64,000 nt of DNA from Octopus sinensis. Its lineage: Eukaryota. The notes below the pieces were generated by a model. The model did not search any database. It worked only from the letters and a program-made list of their open reading frames with translations, and was not told the origin of the DNA. The translations under genes were made by a program, and so were the position numbers. Positions 13,070-27,139 of the stretch are shown here, piece by piece. The DNA is taken from the NCBI RefSeq assembly GCF_006345805.1, contig NC_043004.1, forward strand, positions 66,402,001-66,466,000. Direction: 5' to 3'. Numbering within the stretch: the first letter of the stretch is position 1; each line of letters opens with the position of its first letter.

Positions 13070-13268
13070 CCGCGTAGGAAGATGAATGGTGTCCGCTACG
13101 CTCTGAGTTCAAATTCCGCCAAGGTCGACTTTGTTTTTCATTATTTCGGGGTCGATTAAATAAGTACCAGTTACGCATTGGGATCGATATAATCGACTTA
13201 ATCCGTTTGTCTGTCCTTGTTTGTCCTCTCTGTGTTTAGCCAGTTGTGGGTAGTAATGAAATAGGTAT
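13070..13268 (+). mobile_element. SINE (ctgagttcaaattccgcc...gtttagcc..tgtggg tail)
   Basis: Strong similarity to 51612-51838. Confidence 0.75.
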
Positions 13269-13521
13269 AACGTCGCCATCACTAGAGATGACACCAAACA
13301 CTAGATTTTTGATTTTTATAACTCTCGGTATAAGTCCTTAGATTGATGCGTCCAGCGCGAATGCCAAGCAATACAGCATATCGTTTCTACATTTTTGTGA
13401 ATTGCTTCATGGTGCGCAACCTATGTTTGCTATACAGTGTTGTCGACAGAAACAAAAAGAAACAATGTGCTTACGCGAAATTAATAGTATAATATGGTGA
13501 CAATTTTCCTATCTCACATTG

Positions 13522-13552
<31 letters not shown>

Positions 13553-14273
13553 TATAAAATAATAAGTAAAAGAGTAAAAAAGACGTGTATGTTCGGTTAG
13601 GTAGGTTTTTAAAGTGAAATATAGTTACGGTCACAGAGTGACAGATAGTTTCGCATCCGTAAGAGCGCTTAGCTTTATAGACGACGCGTCATTCTCTTAT
13701 GTTCTGTGCGTATTTGAGCTCTCTTAACCAGGAAGTAGAAAAATGTTACGGCTAGTCAATTTGTAAACAAAAGAGTATTATATACTCACTGAGTCTTAAA
13801 CGGGATGGTTCATTCTTACATCTATCTACTCCGCAAAATCTTATAGTCCTAATCATTGAACTGGGAATTTCTACCCTTAGACTGTTGCCAATGCGCGAAT
13901 ATATTTTACAGTCCTAATCGACGAACGAGGTATCTCACGCGTGTAGCAGGTAGCGTTTAAGATGCGGGCGGAGGATATAGATCTCGAGTTTGGAATTCAA
14001 GAGAGTCCTCCAAAGAAGCAAATCTTTAAAGATCTTTGCCCGCTCTGCTTTGCTCAGCTTCCATCGCTTACTCCCGTTTATATAAGACCACGGGTGATCT
14101 ATGAATTTCTATTTTAATTTAGTATGGAGTTACTCATTCCTTAAGGCGCCACAGGTAGCTGATTAGGGACGTGACGTTACTATTTCTATAATCTTAAAGA
14201 CGTACCTATGGTTGTATAGATGCTGCTTAATGACAATTCCGGCCGAAACGATGTACCTCCGAGCTTAATTGAG

Positions 14274-14334
<61 letters not shown>

Positions 14335-14368
14335 CACACACACATATATATATATATAATACATATAT

Positions 14369-15057
14369 TTTTTTATCTAGTTTCAGCTCACAAGCTGTGG
14401 TCATGCTGGGACACCGCCATTTGGTGTTGCTACATGATTTTACTTCACGAATGCTTTTTATCAATTGCCATTTGGTGCAGGAAAGAGTTAGATGCAGCTG
14501 CCCTCATCTGCACCTCCTGCCGTGAAGTTGGTTCATCTGGGACACCTGACAAGAAGAGATCCAGTTTTATTTTAAAGACATCTGCATCCACCCCATGCAG
14601 GTCTCTTAGGTTCTTCGGGAGGTTATAGAAGAGCTGTGGGCCTCGGAGGCCCAGGATATCACAGTATCTTGTCCTACATCTTGATGGAAAATTTGGAGTC
14701 CTTGGCACTCTGCAGTGGCGCCCAGTTGGGGTAGTTGTGTAACTCTCGATGCCAAAGTTTCGGACAAAACTTTCTAGGATCTTCCAGATGTATATCATGG
14801 CATATCTTTCTCGCCTACGTTCTCTTGAGTCTTTCCCAATATCTTATATGCTGCACAGAGGCTATCTTCTTCCTGTAGCTTCGTTGGATCGCTTCAAGTT
14901 CTGTGATTAACTTGACACTGGATAGTGACCATAGCTGAGAGCAATAGTCAAAGTGGCTTAGGACAAGTCTCCTCCAGAGGACCATCATGGTTTCCTGGTC
15001 TCTTGTTCTAAAGGTTCTATGAATCCATCCGGTCAGCCGCCTACATTTCATTGCCAA
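14369..15057 (-). mobile_element. CR1-like LINE, RT C-terminus and 3' UTR
   Basis: ORFs 14815-15057 (GWIHRTF...LVLSHFDYCSQLWS...LEAIQRSY...YWERLK) and 14445-14798 (IYIWKILE...FKIKLDLFLSGVPDEP...AASNSF). 5'-truncated at (TA)n and ending at (TA)n. Confidence 0.8.
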
Positions 15058-15257
15058 TACTTATATATATATACATATATATATACATATATATATATAT
15101 AATATATATATATTCTCTCTTACCTGTCTGTGTTTGCCTTCAAGTGCTGTGTTTTTACTGAGATCTCCCTTTTAGTAAAAGAATAGCTATAACTCTTTGA
15201 CTGCTATTTCTAAATTCGGTGTTGGTGAGGCAATTCGTTGCTAAACCCTTAATTGCT

Positions 15258-15262
<5 letters not shown>

Positions 15263-15315
<53 letters not shown>

Positions 15316-15740
15316 GTATATTTATATATATATATACTTATATATATATGCATACATATATATATATATATATATATATACATACATATATATATATATA
15401 GCATATATACTTATATATATATACATATATATATATGTATATTTATATATATATACTTGTATATATACATACATACATGTATATATATACATATATATAT
15501 ACATATATATATACTATATATATAATACTTATATATATATAATACATATATATAGGTATATTTAATGTATATATACATACATACATATATATACATATAT
15601 ATATATATACATATATACTTATATATATATACATATATACTTATATATATATATACATATATATACATATATATATATGTTTATTTATATATATATATTA
15701 TATATATATACATGCATTCATACATACATACATATATACA
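15263..15740. repeat. Long degenerate (TA)n/(TACA)n array
   Basis: Direct reading. Confidence 0.95.
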
Positions 15741-17020
15741 TATATGCCGAAGCTCATGGACACATAAACAAAGCAACACCGGTTATCAAATGAGAGTGAC
15801 AAACACAGACAGACTACAAGCACACATGCATACATACACACACACACACAAACCTATTTATACATACCACTCAATTCCACAAAGTTTCTGTCTACTTTTT
15901 GCCAGCTTCGCGCAGACATAAAAGAGCATTGATTATTTAAATACGCAAAAATAGTATAAAACAACAACAAAAAAGTTGACAAAAATATAACGAAAAAATT
16001 AATGAAATTATACCCTAGTGGTGTGGCCAAGAAAAAACCCCTTAGTAAAGAAATAATGCAAATTAAATAAAGAAACTAACTTCGGTACGTAGGAGAGATT
16101 TATATTTCTATTGGAATTATTTTTACGTATTAATGCTACAAAATGAATGCTACCTGAAGAGATTAATCCGATGTATATTTGTTATTCGACACATGAATTG
16201 TCCCTCAATATGATATTAAGCTTGTGTTTGATGGAAGGGAAATGAGGAAATGTTATTTGTCTACTGAATCTAGCAGGCTATCATTACATTACAAATAGCT
16301 GATAGCGAACCAATTAATTTATTATTGATAATCATCAAAATCAATTTAGTGACTCACAGAATTCATATGTGTGTAATGATCATTGCAACTGATGGCACAC
16401 ACATATGCATATATTCATCAATGTACACAAATACAAACACAGTTATATATACGTGTGTGCTCATAGATACGTATATAAATAAACACATATACATACACAC
16501 GCATGTGTTTGTGTGTATTTGCTCATATATACCATATTCATGTATCAAGTATACGGCTATATTTTCATATTCATTTATAGGTTTGTATATGAAATATTCC
16601 GTAGTATATTGCATAAAAGTCTGTATCGGATAAAATTATCCAACAGTTGGTCTATATAAAAGAGCTGCCTTCCTACTGATGTTTATAAATTTTGTCATAC
16701 TTCATACTAATTACAATGTCAATAGCACAGAAGGAATGCTTTTTCATTTGCTAGTAAAAACAAATTATTGCCAAGCTCTTGTAATGTGTTATAATAGCAT
16801 TTGATGTGGGGAATTAGTCTACATAAAAGAAATGTAAAATGGTTGAAAACTTGTGTAAACCAATATGCAAATAATTTCTATGCATTCGTGATGTCCAGAT
16901 CTCGCTTCCTGTATAAATAAAAATAAACCCGAAATTCTTACGTTTTTGTAGATAGACATACATATAGAGACCTACACACATATACACAGACCCATATATA
17001 TATATATATATATATATATA

Positions 17021-17215
17021 TGGAGTGTTTGCGAAAACAAAAGACGAAGAAAGATGGTGTACAAAACAAACAGATGTATTAGTATAACGCTCAGGAATAG
17101 AAAAAAAAGTCTTTTACGTTTCGAGCCTACGCTCTTCTACAGAAAAGGACACAGGAAAAACAAAGAGAGAAACAAGGAGAGAAAAAAATGTGTAGAGTGG
17201 CTAACGATCTATCAT
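17021..17215 (-). mobile_element. ~200-bp repeat with hammerhead-like motif, copy 1 (probable Penelope-derived unit)
   Basis: Homologous to 19100-19282 and 19829-20045. Minus strand reads ctgtagaagagcgtaggctcgaaacgtaaaag (17111-17147). Abuts (TA)n. Confidence 0.75.
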
Positions 17216-18983
17216 AGTGACTGATATATATATATTGAAATAAAACAGAATTGAGAAAATTTTGTTTAAATTATGCATATACTGAATAAAATCTTCAATA
17301 TTCTTACATTCTTTTATTATATATGCAACGGGTTGAATGTACATCGTTTATAGCTCCGCACATTAGACTTACTATGTACTTAATTCCATTAATATTAGTT
17401 TCAAATTTAGGCACAAGGACAACAATTTCAGTCGTACATACTACTTGTTTGGCAATGGATAGTTACTCATTGGGGTCAAGTATTCTGCTTTACTCGCGTG
17501 TAAATTTATGTGACACCTGCGCGACAAAATTACGTCCTAATTGCCCTGTAGATATGTCATATGACATTCAGCGATGAAAGGGTCGCACTTTTAAGGCTGC
17601 TTTATTCATGTGGTTGTGTCCAGTTGCTGTCCGAGTGGCTGTTATCTTATCTAGGCAAGACATGATGACTTTTTATGTGTTAGAGCAATGATTTCCCATA
17701 GTAGCAATGTTGCAAATTGTAATTCGTTCCTAGAAAATGTTCTACCCATAATATTTACAATGCTCGATAATAAATAGCAATACAACAACAGTAGAATGTA
17801 TAAAATATGTTATGTAAAAGAAAAGGAATGTAAAGATTTTTTTAAATAAAAAGATATTATTATGATCGTTTTCTGGATCATTTTCACTAGACTCGTGCAC
17901 ACCATCTCATGTACACGTGATTGCTCATTTACAAGCACTCGTAGACGAACCTGTAGGTTTCTTCTTAAAACTCAAGTCTAGTGCTGTTTGCTTACAAGCA
18001 TTTTTCGCTTTCTATAAATTTCTAGGTAACACTTAGAGCCTTATAGTATGGTTGTAGAAACTAAAGCACTTAGTACAAAATTTGAATCTTGTTCTTGAGA
18101 AATGAGACTCGTAAACCCGGCGTCACATAAAACAAGTCCTCGTACAGTGAGGCATTACTGTATTAGTTTGAATGATTCTGTTTTTATACGAAAATGTAAT
18201 GGAAACTTTGGAACAAGAAATGTTACTTTTAAACTATTCTGAGTGCATGACTTCCACAGATATTTATAGTTGAAACTTGCTGTAGAATCCTATGTGAATC
18301 AAAACTAATTACTTGGTTTCTAGATTTTCATAATATCCATTTAAGTATGCTTAGTTTGCCGGGCAAATATAAATAAATAGAGAAGAGGGAGACGGAGAAT
18401 GAGATGCTTGTGTGGGCGTGTGTGCATGTTAAGATAAGTATAAAGTTGAAGCACTCCAGCATATATACACACACACATACACGCAAATACACACATACAC
18501 ATAGACAAATGCATAAACACACACCTACACAAACACATACAAATACAAACACACATGCGCGCATATACAAATTATATACACTTTACGAAAGGGGGAAAGG
18601 ACTAAGTGAAAATGAAAGGAAGGTAACGAAAATCAAAGTATAATTAATGAACTTGAAAGAGAGATATGAATCAATTTATTCGGTATATGTATATACTTAT
18701 ATATGTTTCAAACATATAACATGAAGAGTGTGTAAACAATTACGGATGTGGAATATATTAAGTCATCGTCAAGGAAAGAGAAGAGAGAAACGCTATTCAT
18801 GTTGCGAATATACACTCTTCTTTGCAAATAAAGAATATGCAAGAAGAGGGAAAATACGAAGTAAAATAGAAAAAAAGCTATCATACGTCCATGTATGTAC
18901 GGAACTTTTTACAGATTTGTACATACACACACACACATATATACACATACACACATACACACACAAACACATGCATATATATA

Positions 18984-19034
<51 letters not shown>

Positions 19035-19042
19035 ACATATAT

Positions 19043-19099
<57 letters not shown>

Positions 19100-19102
<3 letters not shown>

Positions 19103-19277
19103 AGAGTTTACGAAAAAAACAAAAGACGAAGACAAGTGGTGTACAAAACAAACAGATGTATTAGTATGACGCTCGGGAATAGAAAAAGTCTTTTACGTTT
19201 CGAGCCTACGCTCTTCTACAGAAAGGAATGCAGAAAGAATCAAGGAGAGAAAAAAAGTGTGTAATGGCTAACGATCT

Positions 19278-19282
<5 letters not shown>
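19100..19282 (-). mobile_element. ~200-bp repeat with hammerhead-like motif, copy 2
   Basis: Near-identical to 17021-17215, with (TA)n on both sides. Confidence 0.75.
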
Positions 19283-19325
<43 letters not shown>

Positions 19326-19440
19326 TAGTTATCGCCAAGCTAACATGTCAGTCCAGAAAAATAGGACAAATGCTGCCGTTGAGTAGCTCCAAGAGGCCAT
19401 CGCCTTTAGCTAGCTATGCGCCATATAAAGTTGTGTGCAT

Positions 19441-19721
19441 TATAACCTTCGAATAGGGGAGGTCATCAGCCTCTCCTTGCTGGTTTGGCATCACAGACTA
19501 GTTTCGAGGTAGTTGCCTCTTATCAATATGGAGTAGCCGATCCAGCAGGCATCGCTGCTGATCGACGGTTCGAAGTATCGTTAACCTAAATTCAGTGGAA
19601 TACATCCTCTAGTTTTCAGAAATAGAAATATCCTTATTTCTAATTCTCTCTAAAAGAAACTAGTCTGTAGATGCCAAACCAGCAAGGGGAACCTGCTGAA
19701 CCCCCGTGTTCGAAGGTTATA
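19441..19721. mobile_element. MITE with ~65-bp imperfect TIRs
   Basis: tataaccttcgaa...ccttgctggtttggcatc(t)acagactagtttc (19441-19505) is the reverse complement of 19656-19721. TA at the ends. Confidence 0.8.
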
Positions 19722-19828
19722 TGTATATATGCATATATATATATATATATATATAATATATATACATGCATATACATACACAAGCTTACAAACGCATACA
19801 CAAGCTTACACACATATATACGTATATA

Positions 19829-20045
19829 GTGAGAATTTACAAAAATAAAAAACAACAAAAAAGAGAAGACGAAGACGGGTGTGTAAACTACAAACAGATG
19901 TATTAGTTTAACGCTCGGGAAGTGAGAAAGTCTTTTACCTTCCGAGTCTACGTTCTTCGAGTCTACATTTTTCGACAGAAAGGAACACGGAAATAAACAG
20001 GGAGAGAAAATAGAAAAAAGGTTTAGTGGCCAGCGATCTCTTATT
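19829..20045 (-). mobile_element. ~200-bp repeat with hammerhead-like motif, copy 3 (diverged, internal duplication)
   Basis: Homologous to 17021-17215. Tandem cgagtctac duplication at 19943-19966. Confidence 0.7.
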
Positions 20046-20586
20046 GCGAGTATACATATACATATACATACATACTCCGAAATACAACCTTAAAATTAGT
20101 GCTACATCACATGTAATAAATATCCATCCACAGTTCACAGTATTTACCAGTTTACAATCTCATTCCTGGCGTTGATAATTTTATTTGATATTTTACTTGA
20201 AATGATCACACAACACTTTGTAAACTCATTGTTTCTCTGCTCTCAAAGTATAGCACGCAATGTTCTTATGGAAAATACTCAATCTCATGTGGTTGCAGTC
20301 CATTCAGATGAATTCGATATGTAGTATGGTATGGCTTTTAAACAAGAAACGGAGTGACGTACTTTTCAAGCAAATCTATGATATTCGCTTTCCTATACAG
20401 CTTAGAAACCGTGTTACGTTTCGAACGTAATAACTGTACGGCCTCCCCTGCAACTTAAGACATTCGTATAAAATTTATTGTATACATACGTTCATTCACA
20501 CACACACACGCACACACACACACACACCACACACACACTTTCATATATACATACATATATATATATATATAATATATATATATAAT

Positions 20587-20622
<36 letters not shown>

Positions 20623-20644
20623 GTCTACATAAAATTTATAAGCC

Positions 20645-20770
20645 TGAAAACTGCCAGAAACGCTAGCACGTCTGACAAAATGCTTACTGACATTTCATCT
20701 CTCTTTAACATTCTGAGCTGAAATTCTATCGAGGGCGATTTTTGCCCTTCGACCATTCCAGGATTGGTGA
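20645..20770 (+). mobile_element. Degraded SINE head fragment
   Basis: ctgccagaaacgctagcacg...aaatgctta...ttctgagctgaaattc matches the 51612 family. Confidence 0.5.
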
Positions 20771-21169
20771 AACAAGTCGAAGTTGACCGCTGGCGTCTGT
20801 ATAATCGATTGACGTCTTTCTCCAAAAGTCTAAGTCTTGTGTCTAAAGTAGAAAAGAAAATTGAGTGTGTATAAGTTCGAGAATGTTTCCTGCTACTACG
20901 TATCTATTGATACAAACTTCACTAAATCATACAATACACAGTGAACTTTAACTAATATTCACTGTTTGTTAATGATTCTCCAATTAATTATCTTGACAGA
21001 AATGTGATTATGTGTCTACATCTTCATCTATCTGTGTGTGTGTGTGTGTGTGTGTGTATTGAGGAAACGTTTCTGTGTATGTTGGCATTTTACGTGCATT
21101 TCTTTCTTTGCATGTATATTAGTCTGTGTGTGGTGTGTGTGTTTGTTTAGATTTTCCCATTCAGTGTGG

Positions 21170-21219
<50 letters not shown>

Positions 21220-21410
21220 TTGACGACTACGACGATGAATGTGTTGACGATCATGTTCGTGATGATGAAAATGTTTATTGATGGAAACCACGGTGGTTCT
21301 TATTATATACGTAGGTGATAATGATGATGAGGATGATGATGATGATGATGACGATGGTATTGGTGATGGTGATAATGATGCTGCTGTTGATGATGGCGAT
21401 GCGGTGGTAG
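21170..21410. repeat. (GAT)n-derived triplet arrays
   Basis: Direct reading. Confidence 0.9.
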
Positions 21411-22209
21411 CGATAGATATTCCCATGATCAGTCTAGCTGGGTTTCAGCGGAGAGAATTGTCTGTATGGAAAATGTGAGATAATTAGGATTACATTTATA
21501 ATAGTGCTCGCAATTTATATGTTGTTGTTGATGTTGTTTTTGTAATGCTGAAAGCGATTGGAGTAATGGACACTATTATTTAAATCTATGTTAAAATGAA
21601 ATAACGTTTTATAGATAGCCATATTGGTAAGTATTAATTTAAGATGTATTTTAATTAACATAGGCAATCGAGATTATTAAGAACATGACTGCCATCATTA
21701 GACATCATTAGCATAGTTATCATACGTAACTAACTCTGAATTTGCCCGGCTAGAAAATATTTAGTATTATAACGAGTGTGTTTATTGCCAGAACAATGAT
21801 TGGTTTTGGTGCCAAGCAGTAAGAAATCATCGTGAATATGCATCTGTCATTGATTAAAATATTGCACTCAGCTAATTTGCTTAAATAGTTTAGTAAAAGG
21901 ATCGACAGAATGTGGTCAATAGCCAGTTGTAGAGTCTTGAAGAGAATTATGAGGGAAGGGAAATTTTATTGTCAGAATTTTAGGACGGATGAAGCGCTCG
22001 CAACAAATCTATTTTATCAGGGTTTCGTGCAGTTTGGCACATCGAAACTGCATTGTTTTTTAAAATTTCTGTTTATATTTTCACTGACGCCCTCACCCCA
22101 TCATTATTCTCTCACGGATCTTCTCACGGTGCAATGTTTGAAATTTAGAGTAAAGAAGGGTTAGAAAGTGAGATAGAGAGCGTGGGTGAGAGAGAAACAA
22201 AGAAAGAGA

Positions 22210-22228
22210 GTGCTATTAAAATAGCAGG

Positions 22229-22267
<39 letters not shown>

Positions 22268-22325
22268 GAGACAGAAAGAAAGAAAGAGAGACAGAAAGAA
22301 AGAAACAAAGAAAGAAAGAAAGAAA

Positions 22326-22377
<52 letters not shown>

Positions 22378-22385
22378 GAGACAGA
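22210..22385. repeat. (AAAG)n microsatellite
   Basis: Direct reading. Confidence 0.95.
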
Positions 22386-23109
22386 GATACCGACCGGAGG
22401 ACTGCTTCTGATAACTTACTATTACTAGCGTTGGGATTTGAACGCTAAATGCAGAGAAGTGAAAATTATACTACAAGGCTTTCTGACCCTAGCTCTAAAT
22501 GATCTGTTAAATCAATATCTTTTGTTCAGTGCTTTAAGGAAAACTGGACTTCCCTAAGGATACTGAATCCAGCATCAAATCCAAGGTGTTATTGAGCTGG
22601 AATATAGACGAAAGGAAAATAAGTGGACCATTGATGAGACTGCCACAGAACTTACATCTAACAATAAATGAGTAAATAAATAAAATAAATGATTAATTAG
22701 CCATGCTTTGGCAGAGCGAAAGCTATTTCCAAAGATAATTGCTCAGAGTGAAGGGTAGTGAGAGTGAACAAGTATCCATCTTATGAGAAAACTATCTGTT
22801 AACCGCGTAGCCATATTGGCAAAACAAAGTCTTCAAATTTCACATACACATGATGATGGCGATGAGAATGATGGTGTTGATGAAGCTTTGCGGGTGATGA
22901 TGATGATGATGATGATGATAAAGATGATTCTCGTGATGTGCTCTATTTATATTTATGCTTCACATATTCCTTTTTTGTTTCTAATTTTGTTCCTTATCAC
23001 CTTACAATTTTGTTTCTTTATTGCTGATATCGTTATCGATGTTGTTTAACTTTCACTAAATACGAAGACCGATGCAGGGCAGGTTTATAGATCTTAAAAG
23101 TATACTCTA

Positions 23110-23238
23110 TGATCTGTAACTTTCCTCCTTTCGGCGGTCGATAAAATATATACCAGTTGAAAATTGGGGCCGAATTCATCGACTTAACCCATCCCCTGTA
23201 ATTTCTGCCCTTCTGCCAAAAATTGAAATCATTATTTA
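23110..23238 (+). mobile_element. SINE 3' fragment with (ATT) tail
   Basis: cctttcggcggtcgataaaat...ggggccgaattcatcgactta...gccaaaaattgaaatcattatt. Confidence 0.55.
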
Positions 23239-24824
23239 GCACCATAAGTATTTCAGTTATGGAAAGCGACCTAACAATTTTGGTTGCTAGTGTGTCACAT
23301 TAATATAATTAAACTCCAACCTCTAATTATTTCTATGTTGTAGTGAGAAAATGGAAGAGAGGAAGACAGAGAGAGTGACAGAGTGTCAGAAAGAGCGTGC
23401 CAGTTGAGCGAAGCGCTGAATTAATATATTACTGTATTTGTATAATTACTCCGTTTCCTTGATTCACTGCATGGCGAAGTGACTTAATTATATATATCAT
23501 AGTTCCAGAGTTACATAAAAGTTGAACCATATGTGAAACTACTCAGATATATTCCTATTTGTATTAATCGATCTTCACACTCATTTAAATATCCTTATTA
23601 ATAAAATGGCACAGAGAAGAGGCAGTGGTGGAAATATTAGGACAATCATGAGACTATATCAATTACGCTCTCCCATGTTTTCAGTTAAAATCAGATTGTG
23701 GTCAATTGCATTCATAAATGAAGGAACGAATTATTAAATACATAAGATGAGATAATATTAATTAAGATATGCATGTAGCATGGTACACGCATTGTAATTG
23801 CATTAGATTGACTTCATTTACATATGTTATTACTGCAGTTAATAAAATGCGATAACGTTATGAAAAAAAGGAGAATCGCCAAGTCATATTGTTTATTAAA
23901 TACAACTTATCGCTTTGTTGAATCCAGGTTTATTTAGCTTGGAAGGCTTCTATTTAGGCTTTAAATTAGCGGAACCGAATAGGTTCGATAGTTGGTTGGA
24001 AACGAATCATTAAGGACACATTATTGGTGTTATAATTGTAATATGCGTGGTATAACAAACATTTTGAATGTTATTCAAAATGGTATTAGCTTCATATTTC
24101 GGGCAACGAAAACAGCACTTTTACAGATAATAGCTTATATAAGTGCTGAATTCATGTGACATGTATGTAAGATTGCATCACTCAAATCAACCACAAACTA
24201 ATAAAATCTTTCCCATTTCAAAGATCACTCTGGATTCCTTTGATTTCTAGGGGAAACAGAATCTGTTCCGGTGTTTTAAATTGTTGTATATGCTTATCTA
24301 ACCACGGAATGTGTTATATGTTATATTGAATTAAGAATTTAGAGAGAGGTCACCTGCTTCAAATATTTCTGCTTATATAGCTAAATTTGCTCATTTTCTT
24401 ACCCTGGCCAATGTCACTAGTTCTTCTAACTTTATTATTAAGTTGCCTCTACACAATTTGATCAATATTCGTATCATATATGATTGTCAGAATCATAGCT
24501 CAGTACAAATCTGATAATTCCTGTACTGCCTGAATATATTTATACAAAGTAACCAGGGACAAATAAGACAACATGGGGTCAGGCTCCATAGCATTTAGAT
24601 GTTCACTAGAAGTTGTCTGAAGTAATGAAATTAAACAGTTAATGTTAGAGTATGATAATACTCTGTGATTGATAGAACTCGCATTAATATAGGATTGTCC
24701 AATCTCAAATGACAGAGGTATCTACGTAGTTTGGTACAAGCAATGTTGAAATATTTCAATGGGAAATTTGAAATTCCAGAAATTAAACAGGGAAACTGAA
24801 TATAATGTAATCACATAGAAGGGA

Positions 24825-25043
24825 GTGGGAAGAGGCTGAGAAGTTCCAGGGTTTTGGTAAAAGGAAATACAGAAGAATCAGTTAATTATCGATTAATTCA
24901 ACGTATATCCCTATCAGATTCACGCACTTATTGCAGCGGTCCTTCAGTTTTCTAAGACCTGTGAAAGAACAGGGAAAGATGGGCCACCAGCTAGGCCTTT
25001 CGCGATAATCTTAAGGTCAGTAACGCTTCAAGAGCCTCTCGTA
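24825..25043. mobile_element. Mariner-type MITE
   Basis: Ends in ctcgta, as expected for a TACGAG-type TIR, with a degenerate left TIR. The interior recurs inverted at 40600-40735. Confidence 0.5.
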
Positions 25044-26438
25044 TATTGAATTAATAAGTCATAGAGGTATAAAATTCTTTAAATTATCATCTAAGTACTA
25101 CATATAAGTAAGAAAGATATATGCAGGTGAAGTGTATATTTGCTGTCACTGTAATACAATTGACCAGGGACATCTCTCAATCATCAGTTTTTGATAACTC
25201 ATTGTTTTCTAAGAAAGACTATGAAAAATTAATCGCTGGACTTTTCCCCCAGCTTTTTATCGAATACCCAATTAAAGACAAATGGATATACAGAGAAGAG
25301 ATCAGTTATAGAGGAGATTATGTAATATCAGTATAAGAGACTGTTGTTTCGGAAATTTAGGTAGGATTACTTTCAGTCATGCACTGAAGTCAATTCAACT
25401 GATTGTTTTATTCTGACATCCACAACGCTTGGGGAAAATAATTCACGCAACAGTTGAATATTTGTATCATCTCGTCCTTAATATGTTTGAAAAGACAATC
25501 TATTCTGCCTTTTCATTTCCTGGTATCGTTAAGAACAAATCCAGCAACTCGAAGATAATACTATTAAAATTGTTGTTAATTTTGACGAAAATATCAACAC
25601 TCACTGCATAGGCTATTTGTTGATGATGGTTATGATGATGACGATGATGATGACGACGATGACGACGACAATGGCGCCGACGACGGCGATGATGATGATG
25701 ATGATGACGATGATGATAAATGAAAAGGAAAAAAAAAACATTTGCATGGGATTCCTTAAAACCGATCAGCATTGCATTGGTGGGTCACAACTCAGAACAC
25801 ATCTCCAGCTGTCCACAACTCTCAAACTGTGACGAATATACAAAACCCATCCACTCATTCTATACCTCTATCCTTATTCTCTCTGTTCCTCTGTCTTTCT
25901 CTCTCTTATTCTCCTTGTACGCTCTCGCCCAACATCTCCCTTATTTCTTACTCACCTTTCCACCGCTCTCTCTCTCTCCATTTCCAGCAATGCAAACGAA
26001 TCTATCTTCTCTTCAGCTAGATACGCATTTTCACCTCCCCATTTAACATACATGAATGAGGAGGCCTTGTTTCTTATATTGTATAGCAGTTACTGATAGA
26101 CATTCATGAGAGAGTTATACTGTAAATAGGTTTCAAGAAATAAAGGGAACCCGTGCCTGAGAGGAAATGCAGTTATAATAATGTTATGATAAAGTTATGA
26201 TTCAGTTAAAAGACATATTATGCTCACGCTATAAGACACGTGACGTAAACAAAATTTTATGTATAGAAAAAAGACTAAGGATTTATGTAACTTTAACTCA
26301 CAATGTTCCTCATTTTCAAAGTCTATCTGCCACTCGCTTCACACACACACACACACATACACACACACATATATATATATATATATACGTACATTGGTGT
26401 TTGTATATCTTTCAGAGACAAAATGTGTATGTGTTTGC

Positions 26439-26472
<34 letters not shown>

Positions 26473-27139
26473 GTGTGTGTGTATGTGTGTGTGTGTATAC
26501 ACGTCGTTTTGAATTAGAGATAATTACATTTGAATTGGAATATTAATTTAATAATTTCGACTTGATGAATGTAAAGAAAAAAAAAGTTTTTGAAAAACAC
26601 TACACAAACTATATAAAATATTTTGTCATTGATATCCAATATTTTCTTGCATAAATTCTCTACAACAAAATGAAGCGATATCAATCAGAGAGGCTTTTCA
26701 AGAATGTCTAAGTTTACATTCTTCACCATATTCCGTGTTATAATTACAGCATATTGTATTCCTCACATTTAGAAATAACAGATTTGATTGGTTGCGAGGC
26801 CTAAAAGATTAAGATCTAAATTTTCTTTGATTCAATGTCTGCTACTCTCAGTGACTTGCCTTTTATTTTCTTGGCTTGCGTCTTTCTTGCAAACTTTATT
26901 ATATATTAATTTTATTTTATTTTTCTTCTTGTTCTGTCATTCGTCATATTCACGTATTTCCTTTCTTCAGATCGATTTTCTTTAATTCCTTCCTCTGCAG
27001 TTATCTAACTTTCTCATTTTCTTTCAGGATTTACTTTCAATAGACATATCGTTTGGATTCTTAAGGTATATGCCAGCCTGTATTTGAAGAATAGTCGTCG
27101 ATTAGGAATAATTTCAATCTACTATCGTCAGATTCTGAC

